DNA of 64,000 bases, from the NCBI GenBank assembly GCA_964016885.1, contig OZ024742.1, positions 133,548,001 to 133,612,000 of the forward strand, in the 5' to 3' direction. The translations under genes and the position numbers were made by a program. The notes under the pieces are model-generated. The model was not told the DNA's origin. It worked only from the letters and a program-made list of their open reading frames with translations, and made no database searches. The DNA is from Eledone cirrhosa (taxonomy: Eukaryota). Shown in pieces: positions 12,001 through 25,404 of the stretch (positions are counted from its first letter, which is position 1; each line of letters starts with the position of its first letter).

Positions 12001-14896
12001 GGGGGGTCCGTTTTTTATTTGGGTCTCCCGTTTTTTAATGAGGGGATCCGTTTTTTATTTGGGTGCACCATTTTTTTATGGGAGGGGGTCCGTTTTTTAG
12101 TCTGGTGCCCCGTTCTTTATTTGGGTGCCCCGTTTTTTATATGGGTGCCCCGTTTATTTATTTGGGTACCCAGTTTTTTTATTTGCGTGCCCCGTTTTTT
12201 TATTTGGGTTCCCAGTTTTTTATTTGTGTGCCCCGTTTTTTTTATGGGGCTGTCCGTTTTTTATTTAGGTTCCCCGTTATTTTATTTGGTTGCTCCGTTT
12301 TATTTATTTGGGTGCCCATTTTTTTATTTGGGTGCTCCGTTATTTTATGGGGGGCTCCGTTTTTCATGTGGGTGACCCGTTTTGTTATGGGAGGGGGTCC
12401 GTTTTTTATTTGGGTGCCCCGTTTATTTATTTAGGTGCCCATTTATTTTATTTGGGTGCCCCGTTTTTTAATGGGTGGGGGGGCCGTTTTTTATTTAGGT
12501 GGCCGATATTTTATTTGGGTGCCCGATTTTTATGGGGGGGTCCGTTTTTTATTTGGGTGACCCGTTTTTTATGGGGGTGTCCGTTTTTTATTTGGGTGCC
12601 CCGTTGTTTATTGGATGCCCCGTTTTTTATTTGGGTGCCCCGTCTTTTATTTGGGTGTTCAGTTTTTTATGGGGGGTCCGTTTTCTATTTGGGTCTCCCG
12701 TTTTTTAATGAGGGGATCCGTTTTTTATTTGGGTGCCCGGTTTTTTTATGGGAGGGGTCCGTTTTTCATTCTGTTGCGCCGTTTTTTATTTGCGTGCCCC
12801 TTTTTCTATTTGAGTGCCCCGTTTTGTCATGGGGGTCCGTTTTTTATTTGGGTGCCCCGTTTATATATTTGGGTGCCAATTTTTTTATTTGGGTGCTCCG
12901 TTTTTTTATGGGGGGTCCGTTTTTAATTTGGGTGACCCGTTATTTATGGGGGTGTCCGTTTTTTATTTGGGTGCCCCGTATTTTTATTTGGGTGCCCCTT
13001 TTTTTATTTGGGTGCCCCGTTTTTTATTTGGGTGCCCCGTTTATTTATTTGGGTGCCCATTTTTTTATTTGGGTGCTCCGTTTTTTTTATGGTGGCGTCC
13101 GTTTTTTATTTGGGTGCCACGTTTTTTATTGTGTGCCCCTTTTTTTTTTTAGTGCCCCGTTTTTTCATGGGGGGTCCGTTTTTTATTTGGGTGCCCCGTT
13201 TTTTATTTGGGTGTCCTGTTTTTTATTTGGGTGCCCCGTTTTTTTCTGGGCGGGGTCCGTTTTTTATTTGGGTGTCCCGTTTTTTATTTAGGTGACCCTT
13301 TTTTATGGGGGGGGGGCATTTTTTATTTGGGTGCCTCGTTTTTTATTTGGGTGCCCGTTTTTTATTTAGGTGCCCCGTTTTTTTATGGGGTTGTCCGTTT
13401 TTTATTAAGGTGCCCCGTTATTTTATTTTGGTACCCCGTTTATTTATTTGGGTGCCCATTTTTTTATTTGGGTGCCCCATTTTTTATTGGGGGGGTCCTT
13501 TTTTTATTTGGGTGACCCGTTTTGTTATGGGGGGTCCGTTTTATATTTGGGTGCCCCGTTTATTTATTTGGGTGCCAATTTTTTTATTTGGGTGGTCAGT
13601 TTTTTTATGGGGGGGTCCGTTTTTTATTTGGGTGACCCGTTTTGTTAGGGGGGGTCCGTTTTTTATTTGGGTGCCCCGTTTTTTCTGGGCGGGGTCCGTT
13701 TTTTATTTGGGTGTCCCGTTTTTTATTTAGGTGTCCCGTTTTTTATGGGGGGGGGCATTTTTTATTTGGGTGCCCCGTTTATTATTTGGGTGCCCCGTTT
13801 TTTATTTAGGTGCCCCGTTTTTTTATTTGGGTGTCCCGTTTTTATTTTGATGCCCCATTTTTTAAGGGGGGGACGTTTTTTATTTTGGTGCCCCGTTTTT
13901 TTATGGGGTTGTCGGTTTTTTTATTAAGGTGCCCCATTATTTTATTTGGGTCCGCCGTTCTTTTTATCGGGGGGTCCGTTTTTTATTTGGGTGCCCCGTT
14001 TATTTATTTGGGTGCCCATTTTTTTATTTGGGTATCCGTTATTTTATGGGGAGGGTCCGTTTTTCATTTGGGTGACCCGTTTTGTTATGGGGGGGGGGGT
14101 CCGTTTATTATTTGTGTGCCCCGTTTATTTATTTAGGTGCCCATTTTTTTTATTTGGGTGCCCCGTTTTTTAATGGGTGGGGGGGCCGTTTTTTATTTAG
14201 GCGGCCGATATTTTATTTGGGTGCCCGTTTTTTATGGGGAGGTCCGTTTTTTATTTGGGTGACCCGTTTTTTATGGGGGTGTCCGTTTTTTATTTGGGTG
14301 CCCCGTCTTTTATTTGGGTGCTCAGTTTTTTATGGGGGGTCCGTTTTTTATTTGGGTCTCCCGTTTTTTAATGAGGGGATCCGTTTTTTATTTGGGTGCC
14401 CGGTTTTTTTATGGGAGGTGGTCCGTTTTTCATTCTGTTGCGCCGTTTTTTATTTGCGTGCCCCTTTTTCTATTTGGGTGCCCCGTTTTTTATTTGGGTG
14501 CCCCGATTTTTATTTGGGTGCCCCTTTTTTTATTTGGGTGCCCTGTCTTTTATTTGGGTGCCCCGTTTTTTATTTGTGTGCCATGTTTTTTTACGGGTGG
14601 GGGGAGGGGGTTGCCGTTTTTTATTTAGGTGCCCCATATTTTATTTGGGTGCCCGTTTTTTATGGGTGGGTCCGTTTTTATATGGGTGCCGCGTTTATTA
14701 TTTGTATGTCCCGTTTTTTATTTGGGTGCCCGGCTTTTTTATTTGGGAGCCCCGTTTTTTATTTGGGTGCCCGTTTTTTATGGGGGAAAGCTCCGATATT
14801 TATTTGGGTGCCCGTTTTTTATTTGGGTGCCCTTTTTGTATTTGGGTGCCTATTTTATGGGGGGGGGCCGTTTTTTATTTGGGTGTCCGTTTATTT
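1..14896. repeat. Minisatellite array of ~18-21-bp units (CGTTTTTTATTTGGGTGCCC interspersed with CGTTTTTTATGGGGGGTC), T-rich orientation, runs off the window start
   Basis: Continuous tandem units visible, with a pure 20-bp run near 1690-1855. The overlapping FFIWVPRF/YLGAPFF/LFGCPVF ORFs are the three frames of the unit. Confidence 0.97.
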
Positions 14897-15781
14897 CCAG
14901 ATAAAAAATGTATCCCCCCATCAAAAACGGCCAAACAAATAAAAAACGGATCCCTCCATAAAAAACGGGGCACCCAAGTAAAATAACCGGGCACCCAAAT
15001 AAAAAACGGAGCACCCGAATAAAAAACGGCCCCCTCATAAAAAAACGGGCACCCAAATAAAAAACATACCCCCCATAAAAAACATGCACCCAAATAAAAC
15101 ACGTCAACCCAAATAAAAAACGGCCCCCACATTAAAAAACGGGCACCCAAAGATAAAACGGACCCCATCCCCCCAAAAACGGGGCGCCCAAATAAAAAAC
15201 GGACCCCTATAAAAAACGGGCATCCAAAGAAAAAACGGACCCCCATAAAAAACGGGCACCCAAATAAAAAGCGTGGCACCCAAATAAAAAAACGGGGCAC
15301 CCAAATAAATAACGCCCCCCCCCCCCCCATAAAAAACGAGCACCCAAATAAAAAACGGACCCCCATAAAAAACGGGCACCAGATAAAAACGTGGTACCCA
15401 AATAAAAAACGAACCGCCCCCCTAATAACGGGCACCCAAATAAAAAACGGGGCACCCAAATTTAAAACGAGGCTCCCGAATATAAAACGAAACACCCATA
15501 TAAAGAACAGGGCACCCAAATAAACAACGGGGCAACCAAATAGAAAACGGGGCACCCAAATAAAAAACGGACCCCCCATAAAAAACGTGGCACGCAAATG
15601 AAAAACGAACCGCCCCCATAAATAACGGCACCCAAATAAAAACGTGTCCCCATAAAAAAAATGGGGCACCCAAATAAAAAACGGGGCACGCAAATGAAAA
15701 ACGGGGCACCCAAATAAAAAACAGGGCACCCAAATAAAAAACGGACACCCATAAAAAACGGGGCACCCAAATAAAAAACGG

Positions 15782-16030
15782 TCTGAATTCAAAACCGAAA
15801 TTAAGGCTCAATGAATAGTTAAGTACACCGGACGTCCAAGACATCAACGCTCTCTGTTGACTCTCAAATCATGACATCAACACAACCTGATGATTTGATT
15901 AATTTCATGTTCAAAGTCTAGTATTCGTTACCCTTCATATTGTATTCGAAAACATTACGCTGTAATAAGGTTCTGTGCGACAGTGGAAGCCTTAAAACAA
16001 GAATGAAATCTGTCTTCAATGTTTACATAT
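15782..16030. repeat. ~250-bp unique spacer, copy 1
   Basis: TCTGAATTCAAAACCGAAATTAAGG...CAATGTTTACATAT; seven copies in the same orientation. Confidence 0.95.
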
Positions 16031-19000
16031 GGGGGGGGGTCCGTTTTTTATTTGGGTGCCCCGTATTTTTATTTGGGTGCCGCGTTTTTTATTTGGGTGC
16101 CCCGTATTTTATTTGGGTGCCCAGTTTTTTATGGGGGGGGGTCCTTTTTTTTATTTGGGTCTCCCGTTTTTTAATGAGGTTATCCGTTTTTTATTTGGGT
16201 GCCCCGTTTTTTCATGGGAGGGGGTCCGTTTTTTAATCTGTTGCACCGTTTTTTATTTGCGTGCCCTGTTTTTTTTATTTGGGTGCCCCTTTTTTTATTT
16301 GGGTGCCCCGTTTTTTATTTGGGTGCCCCGTTTATTTATTTGGGTGCCCATTTTTTTATTTGGGTGCTCCGTTTTTTTTATGGTGGCGTCCGTTTTTTAT
16401 TTGGGTGCCACGTTTTTTATTGGGTGCCCCTTTTTTTTTTTAGTGCCCCGTTTTTTCATGGGGGGTCCGTTTTTTATTTGGGTGCCCCGTTTTTTATTTG
16501 GGTGTCCTGTTTTTTATTTGGGTGCCCCGTTTTTTTCTGGGCGGGGTCCGTTTTTTATTTGGGTGTCCCGTTTTTTATTTAGGTGACCCTTTTTTATGGG
16601 GGGGGGGCATTTTTATTTGGGTGCCTCGTTTTTTTATTTGGGTGCCCGTTTTTTATTTAGGTGCCCCGTTTTTTTATGGGGTTGTCCGTTTTTTATAAAG
16701 GTGCCCCGTTATTTTATTTTGGTACCCCGTTTATTTATTTGGGTGCCCATTTTTTTATTTGGGTGCCCCGTTTATTTATTTTGGTTCCCATTTTTTTATT
16801 TGGGTGCTCCGTTTTTTTTATGGTGGGGTCCGTTTTTTATTTGGGTGCCCCATTTTTTATTGGGGGGGTCCTTTTTTTATTTGGGTGACCCGTTTTGTTA
16901 TGGGGGGTCCGTTTTATATTTGGGTGCCCCGTTTATTTATTTGGGTGCCAATTTTTTTATTTGGGTGGTCATTATTTTTATGGGGGGGTCCGTTTTTTAT
17001 TTGGGTGACCCGTTTTGTTATGGGGGGTCCGTTTTTTATTTGGGTGCCCCGTTTTTTCTGGGCGGGGTCCGTTTTTTATTTGGGTGTCCCGTTTTTTATT
17101 TAGGTGTCCCGTTTTTTATGGGGGGGCATTTTTTATTTGGGTGCCCCGTTTTTTATTTGGGTGCCCCGTTTTTTATTTAGGTGCCCCGTTTTTTTATTTG
17201 GGTGTCATGTTTTTATTTTGATGCCCCATTTTTTAAGGGGGGGCCGTTTTTTATTTTGGTGCCCCGTTTTTTTATGGGGTTGTCGGTTTTTTTATTAAGG
17301 TGCCCCATTATTTTATTTGGGTGCGCCGTTCTTTTTATCGGGGGGTCCGTTTTTTATTTGGGTGCCCCGTTTTTTTATGGGGGGTTCCGTTTTTTATTTG
17401 GGTGACCCGTTTTATGGGGGGGTCCGTTTTTTATTTGGGTGCCCCGTTTATTTATTTGGGTGCCCATTTTTTTATTTGGGTATCCGTTATTTTATGGGGG
17501 GGGTCCGTTTTTCATTTGGGTGACCCGTTTTGTTATGGGGGGGGTGCGTTTTTTATTTGGGTGCCCCGTTTATTTATTTAGGTGCCCATTTTTTTTATTT
17601 GGGTGCCCCGTTTTTTAATGGGTGGGGGGGGCCGTTTTTTATTTAGGCGGCCGATATTTTATTTGGGTGCCCGTTTTTTATGGGGAGGTCCGTTTTTTAT
17701 TTGGGTGACCCGTTTTTTATGGGGGTGTCCGTTTTTTATTTGGGTCTTTTATTTGGGTGCTCAGTTTTTTATGGGGGGTCCGTTTTTTATTTGGGTCTCC
17801 CGTTTTTTAATGAGGGGATCCGTTTTTTATTTGGGTGCCCGGTTTTTTTATGGGAGGTGGTCCGTTTTTCATTCTGTTGCGCCGTTTTTTATTTGCGTGC
17901 CCCTTTTTCTATTTGGGTGCCCCGTTTTTTATTTGGGTGCCCCGATTTTTATTTGGGTGCCCCTTTTTTTATTTGGGTGCCCTGTCTTTTATTTGGGTGC
18001 CCCGTTTTTTATTTGTGTGCCATGTTTTTTTACGGGTGGGGGGAGGGGGTTGCCGTTTTTTATTTAGGTGCCCCATATTTTATTTGGGTGCCCGTTTTTT
18101 ATGGGTGGGTCCGTTTTTATATGGGTGCCGCGTTTATTATTTGTATGTCCCGTTTTTTATTTGGGTGCCCGGCTTTTTTATTTGGGAGCCCCGTTTTTTA
18201 TTTGGGTGCCCGTTTTTTATGGGGGAAAGCTCCGATATTTATTTGGGTGCCCGTTTTTTATTTGGGTGCCCTTTTTGTATTTGGGTGCCTATTTTATGGG
18301 GGGGGTCCGTTTTTTATTTGGGTGTCCGTTTATTTCCAGATAAAAAATGTATCCCCCCATCAAAAACGGCCAAACAAATAAAAAACGGATCCCTCCATAA
18401 AAAACGGGGCACCCAAATAAAATAACCGGGCACCCAAATAAAAAACGGAGCACCCGAATAAAAAACGGCCCCCTCATAAAAAAACGGGCACCCAAATAAA
18501 AAACAGACCCCCCATAAAAAACATGCACCCAAATAAAACACGTCAACCCAAATAAAAAACGGCCCCCACATTAAAAAACGGGCACCCAAAGATAAAACGG
18601 ACCCCACCCCCCCAAAAACGGGGCGCCCAAATAAAAAACGGACCCCTATAAAAAACGGGCATCCAAAGAAAAAACGGACCCCCATAAAAAACGGGCACCC
18701 AAATAAAAAGCGTGGCACCCAAATAAAAAAACGGGGCACCCAAATAAATAACGCCCCCCCCCCCATAAAAAACGAGCACCCAAATAAAAAACGGACCCCC
18801 ATAAAAAACGGGCACCAGATAAAAACGTGGTACCCAAATAAAAAACGAACCGCCCCCCTAATAACGGGCACCCAAATAAAAAACGGGGCACCCAAATTTA
18901 AAACGAGGCTCCCGAATATAAAACGAAACACCCATATAAAGAACAGGGCACCCAAAGAAACAACGGGGCAACCAAATAGAAAACGGGGCACCCAAATAAA

Positions 19001-19218
19001 AAACGGACCCCCCATAAAAAACGTGGCACGCAAATGAAAAACGAACCGCCCCCATAAATAACGGCACCCAAATAAAAAACGTGTCCCCATAAAAAAAATG
19101 GGGCACCCAAATAAAAAACGGGGCACCCAAATGAAAAACGGGGCACCCAAATAAAAAACAGGGCACCCAAATAAAAAACGGACACCCATAAAAAACGGGG
19201 CACCCAAATAAAAAACGG

Positions 19219-19467
19219 TCTGAATTCAAAACCGAAATTAAGGCTCAATGAATAGTTAAGTACACCGGACGTCCAAGACATCAACGCTCTCTGTTGACTC
19301 TCAAATCATGACATCAACACAACCTGATGATTTGATTAATTTCATGTTCAAAGTCTAGTATTCGTTACCCTTCATATTGTATTCGAAAACATTACGCTGT
19401 AATAAGGTTCTGTGCGACAGTGGAAGCCTTAAAACAAGAATGAAATCTGTCTTCAATGTTTACATAT
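19219..19467. repeat. Spacer copy 2
   Basis: Appears identical to copy 1. Confidence 0.95.
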
Positions 19468-20780
19468 GGGGGGGGGGGTCCGTTTTTCATTTGGGAACCC
19501 ATTTTTTATGGGGGGGGGGGGCGTTTTTTATTTGAGTGACCCGTTTTTTACTTGGGTGCCCCGTTTCTTATTTGGATGTCCCGTTTCTTATTTGGGAGCC
19601 CGCTTGCTATGGGGGCGGGGTACATTTTTTTCGGGTGCCCGTTTTTTTCGTGGGGGGGGGGGTCATTTTTTATGGGGGGGGGGGGGGCGTTTTTTATATT
19701 GGAGCCCCGTTTTTTTTTTGAGTGCCCGTTATTTATTGGGGTGCCCCGCATTTGTTCATGGGGAGGGCCATTTTTTATTTGGGTGCCCGTTCTTTATCGG
19801 GGGCCTCCGTTTTTTATTTGGGTGCCCGTTTTTATTTGGGTGCCTGTTTTGTATTTGGGTGCCCGTTTTTTTTATTGGGGAGGGGGGTCCGTTTTTTATT
19901 TGGGTGTCCGTTATTTCCAAATAAAAAAAATTGGATCCCCCCATAAAAAACGGGCAAAAAAATAAAATACGGACCCTCCATAAAAAAACGGAGCACCCAA
20001 ATGAAATAACCGGGCACCGAAATAAAAAACGGGGCACCCAAATTAAAAACGCCCCCCCCCCATAAAATAACGGGCACCCAAATAGAAAACGGACGCGCCA
20101 TAGAACACGGACACCCAAATAAAAAACGGACCACCTAAATAAAAAACGATGCACCCAAATAAAAAACGGGGCTCCCAAATAAAAAACGAGGCACCCAAAT
20201 AAAAAACGGCGCACCCGAATATAAAACGAGGCACCCATATAAAAAACGGGGCACCCAAATAAAAAAACGGGGCACCCAAATAAAAAAACTGGGTACCCAA
20301 ATAAAATATGGGCACCCAAATAAAAAATGTGCACCCAAATACAAAATGTGCACCCAAATAAAAAACGTGGCACCCAAATAAAAAAGGACCCTCATAAATC
20401 CCCCCCATAAAAAACGGGCACCCAATAAAAATCGAGGCCCCAAAAAAATACGGACCCCCCCCCCACATAAAAAACGGGCACCCAAATAAAAAACGGACCC
20501 CCTATAAAAAACGTTCACCCAAATATAAAACGGGAACCCAAATAAAAAACGGACACCCAAATAAAAAACGGCAACCCAAATAAAAAAAGGCCCCCCACAT
20601 AAAAAACGGGCACCCAAATAAAAAACGAACCACCCCCATAAATAACGCGCAGCCAAATAAAAATAGTGTCCCCATAAAAAAACGTGTCACACAAATAAAA
20701 AACGGGGCACCCAAATAAAAACAGGGCACCCAAATAAAAAACGGACCCCATTAAAAACGGGGCACCCAAATAAAAAACGG

Positions 20781-21004
20781 TCTGAATTCAAAACCGAAAT
20801 TAAGGCTCAATGAATAGTTAAGTACACCGGACGTCCATGACATCAACGCTCTCTGTTGACTCTCAAATCATGACATCAACACAACCTGATGATTTGATTA
20901 ATTTCATGTTCAAAGTCTAGTATCCGTTACACCTGTTATAGGGTTCTGTGCTACAGTGGAAGCCTTAAAAACAAGAATGAAAGCTGTCTTCAATGTTTAC
21001 ATAT
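20781..21004. repeat. Spacer copy 3 with ~25-bp internal deletion
   Basis: Same termini; lacks the TTCATATTGTATTCGAAAACATTAC segment. Confidence 0.95.
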
Positions 21005-21874
21005 GGGGGGGGGGTCCGTTTCTTATTTGGAAACCCGTTTGTTATAGGAGGGGGGCGTTTTTTATTTGGGTGCCCCGTTTTTTATTTGGATGCCCCGTTT
21101 CTTATTTGGCTGCCCGCTTGCTATGGGGGCGGGGTACATTTTTTGTGGTTGCCCGGTTTTTCGGGGGGGGGGGGCATTTTTTATGGGGGTGGGCGTTTTT
21201 TATATGGGAGCCCCGTTTTTTATTTGAGTGTACGTTATCTATTGGGGTGCTCCGCTTTTTGTTCATGGGGGAGTCCGTTTTTTATTTGGGTGTCCGTTAT
21301 TTCCAAATAAAAAAAATTGTATCCCCCCCCATAAAAAACGGGCAAAAAAATAAAAAACGGACCCCTCCATAAAAAAACGGAGCACCCAAATGAAATAACC
21401 GGGCACCCCCCCAAAAAACGGGCACCCAAATTAAAAACGCCCCCCCCCCCCCATAAAACAACGGGCACCCAAATAGAAAACGGACGCGCCATAGAACACG
21501 GACACCCAAATAAAAACCGGACCACCTAAATAAAAAGCGATGCACCCAATAAAAAACGGCGCACCCGAATATAAAACGAGGCACCCATATAAAAAACGGG
21601 GCACCCAAATAAAGAAACGGGACACCCAAATAAAAAAACTGGGCACCCAAATAAAATATGGGCACCCAAATAAAAAATGTGCACCCAAATAAAAAACGGG
21701 GCACCCAAATAAAAAACGTGGCACCCAAATAAAAAAGGACCCTCATAACCCCCCCCCCCCCCCATAAAAAACGGGGCACCCAATAAATATCGGGTCACCC
21801 AATAAAAATCGGGGCCCCAAATAAAAAACGGCCCCCCCCCCCACATAAAAAACGGGCACCCAAATAAAAAACTG

Positions 21875-22124
21875 TCTGAATTCAAAACCGAAATTAAGGC
21901 TCAATGAATAGTTAAGTACACCGGACGTCCAAGACATCAACGCTCTCTGTTAACTCTCAAATCATGACATCAACACAACCTGATAATTTGATTAATTTCA
22001 TGTTCAAAGTCTAGTATTCGTTACCCGTCATATTGTGTTCGAAACCATTACGCTGTTATAGGGTTCTGTGCTACAGTGGAAGCCTTAAAAACAAGAATGA
22101 ATTCTGCCTTTAATGTTTACATAT
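21875..22124. repeat. Spacer copy 4
   Basis: Same termini, few substitutions. Confidence 0.95.
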
Positions 22125-23008
22125 GGGGGGGGGGGTCCGTTTCTTATGGGGTTGGGGGTCCGTTTTTTATTTGGGTGCCCCGTTTTTTTATTTAGGTGCC
22201 CGTTTTTTATTGGGAGCGGCCGTTTTTTATTTCGGTGCCCCGATTTTTATTTGGGTGCCGTTTTACCTGGGTAGGGGGGGTCTGTTTTTTATTTGGGTGC
22301 CCATTTTTTATTTGGGTGCCCCGTTATTTATGTGGATGCCCCGTTTTTTATTTGGGTGCCCGCTTTCCATGGGGGGGGGGGGGGTACATTTTGGGGGGAT
22401 GTCCCGTTTTTTTCATGGGGTGGGGCGGGGGGGGGGGGCTTTTTTATTTGTGTGCCCGTTTCTTATGGGTGAAGCTCCGTTTTTTATTTGAGTGAAAGTA
22501 TTTTATTTGGGTGCCTGTTTTGTATTTGGGTGCACGTTTTTTACGGGGGAATCCGTTTTTTATTTGGGTGTCCGTTTATTTCCAAATAAAAAATGGATCC
22601 TTCCATAAAAAACGGGCAAACAAATAAAAAACGGACCCCTCCATAAAAAACCGGCTACCCAAATAAAATAACCGGGCACCCAAATAAAAAACGGGACACC
22701 CAAATAAAAAACGGCCTCCCCCCATAAAAAAACGGGCACCCAAATAGAAAACGGACCCGCCATCGAAGACGGACACCCAAATAAAAAACGAGGCACCTAA
22801 ATAAAAAACGGGCCACCCAAACAAAAAACGGGGCACCCAAATAAAAAACGGGGCATCCAAAAAATGGGCACCCAAATAAAAAACGGACCCCCCCCCCCCA
22901 TAAAAAACGGGCACACAAATAAAAAACGGGGCACCCAAATAAAAAACGGACCGCCCCCATAAAAACGGGCACCCAAATAAAAATCGGGGCACCCAAATAA
23001 AAAAACGG

Positions 23009-23258
23009 TCTGAATTCAAAACCGAAATTAAGGCTCAATGAATAGTTAAGTACACCGGACGTCAAAGACGTCAACGCTCTCTGCTGGCTCTCAAAACATG
23101 ACATCAACACAACCTGATGATTTGATTAATTTCATGTTCAAAGTCTAGTATTCGCTTCGCTTCATATTGTGATCGAATACATTACGCTGTTATAGGGTTC
23201 TGTGCTACAGTGGAAGCCTTAAAAATAAGAATGAATTCTGTCTTCAATGTTTACATAT
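23009..23258. repeat. Spacer copy 5
   Basis: Same termini; GACGTCAAC variant shared with copies 6 and 7. Confidence 0.95.
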
Positions 23259-25154
23259 GGGGGGGGGGGGTCCGTTTTCTATTTGGGTGTCCGTTTTTTA
23301 TGGGGGTGGGGGTCCATTTTTTATTTGGGTGACCCGTTTTTAATTTGAGTGCCCCGCTTTTTTATTTGGATGCCCCGTTTTTTATTTGGGTGCCCCGTTT
23401 TTTATTTAGGTGCCCCGTTTTTTTTATTTGGGTGCCCCGTCGTTTTATTTGGGTGGCCGCTTTTTATTTGGGTGCCCCGTTCTTTACGGGTGCCCGTTTT
23501 TTATGGGAGTGGGTCCTTTTTATAGTGGTGTGGGTGCGAGGTGGGGCCGTTTTTTTATTCGGGTGCCCGTTTTTTATTGGGGGCGACTGTTTTTTATTTG
23601 GGTGCCCCGTTTTTTATTTGGGTTCCCGCTTTCGAGGAGGGGTACATTTTTTTTGCGGTGCCCTTTTTCTATGGGTGGTCCTTTTTTATGGGTTTTTTAT
23701 TTGGGTGCCCCGTTTTTTATTTTGTTGCCCGTTTTTTATGGGGGGGGTCCGTTTTTTATTTTGGTGCCCCGTTTTTTATTTGGATGCCCCGTATTTTATT
23801 TGGGTTCCCGCTTTCGAGGAGGGGTACATTTTTTTATGCGGTGCCCTTTTTCTATGGGTGGTCCTTTTTTATGGGGGGGTCGTTTTTTATTTGGGTGCCC
23901 CGTTTTTTTATTTAGGTGCCCGTTTTTTTTATTTGGGTGCCCCGTCGTTTTATTTGGGTGGCCGCTTTTTATTTGGGTGCCCCGTTCTTTACGGGTGCCC
24001 GTTTTTTATGGGAGTGGGTCCTTTTTATAGTGGTGTGGGTGCGAGGTGGGGCCGTTTTTTTATTCGGGTGCCCGTTTTTTATTGGGGGCGACTGTTTTTT
24101 ATTTGGGTGCCCCGTTTTTTATTTGGCTCCCCGTTTTTTATTTGGGTGCCCCGTTTTTTTATTTGGGTGCCCCGTTTTTTATTTTGTTGCCCGTTTTTTA
24201 TGGGGGGGGGGGGGTCCGTTTTTTATTTTGGTGCCCCGTTTTTTATTTGGATGCCCCGTATTTTATTTGGGTTCCCGCTTTCGAGGAGGGGTACATTTTT
24301 TTTGCGGTGCCCTATTTCTATGGGTGGTCCTTTTTTATGGGGGGGTCGTTTTTTATTTGGGTGCCCCGTTTTTTTATTTAGGTGCCCGTTTTTTATTGGG
24401 AACGGCCGTTTTTTATTTCGGTGCCCCGATTATTATTTGGGTGCCCGCTGTCTATGGGGGGGTACATTTTGGGGGGATGTCCCGTTTTTTCATGGGGTGG
24501 GGCGGGGGCCTTTTTTATTTGGGTGCCCGTTTCTTATGGGGGAAGCTCCGTTTTTTATTTGAGTGAAAGTTTTTTATTTGGGTGCCAGTTTTGTATTTGG
24601 GTGCACGTTTTTTACGGGGGATTCCGTTTTTTATTTGGGTGTCCGTTTATTTCCAAATAAAAAATGGATCCTTCCATAAAAAACGGGCAAACAAATAAAA
24701 AACGGACCCCTCCATAAAAAAACCGGCTACCCAAATAAAATAACCAGGCACCAAAATAAAAAACGGGACACCCAAATAAAAAACGGCCTCCCCCCATAAA
24801 AAAACGGGCACCCAAATGGAAAACGGACCCGCCATCGAAGACGGACACCCAAATAAAAAACGAGGCACCTAAATAAAAAACGGGCCACCCAAACAAAAAA
24901 CGGGGCACCCAAATAAAAAACAGGGCAACCGAATATAAAACGAGGCACACATATAAAAAACGGGGCACCCAAATAAAAAACGGGGCACCCAAATAAAAAA
25001 CGGGGCACCCAAAATATGGGCACCCAAATAAAAAACGGACCCCCCCATAAAAAACGGGCACACAAATAAAAAACGGGGCACCCAAATAAAAAACGGACCG
25101 CCCCCATAAAAACGGGCACCCAAATAAAAATCGGGGCACCCAAATAAAAAACGG

Positions 25155-25404
25155 TCTGAATTCAAAACCGAAATTAAGGCTCAATGAATAGTTAAGTACA
25201 CCGGACGTCCAAGACGTCAACGCTCTCTGCTGACTCTCAAATCATGACATCAACACAACCTGATGATTTGTTTAATTTCATGTTCAAAGTCTAGTATACG
25301 CTACGCTTCATATTGTGATCGAAAACATTACGCTGTTATAGGGTTCTGTGCTACAGTGGAAGCCTTAAAAATAAGAATGAATTCTGTCTTCAATGTTTAC
25401 ATAT
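25155..25404. repeat. Spacer copy 6
   Basis: Same termini; TATACGCTACGCTTC variant shared with copy 7. Confidence 0.95.

Noticed and set aside
15882-15975. CTGATGA...CGAAA in the 250-bp spacer as a hammerhead
   Set aside because: The hairpin after CTGATGA is followed by GTCT, not GAAA; stems I and II cannot be closed; GAAA is deleted in copy 3 and mutated in copy 5.
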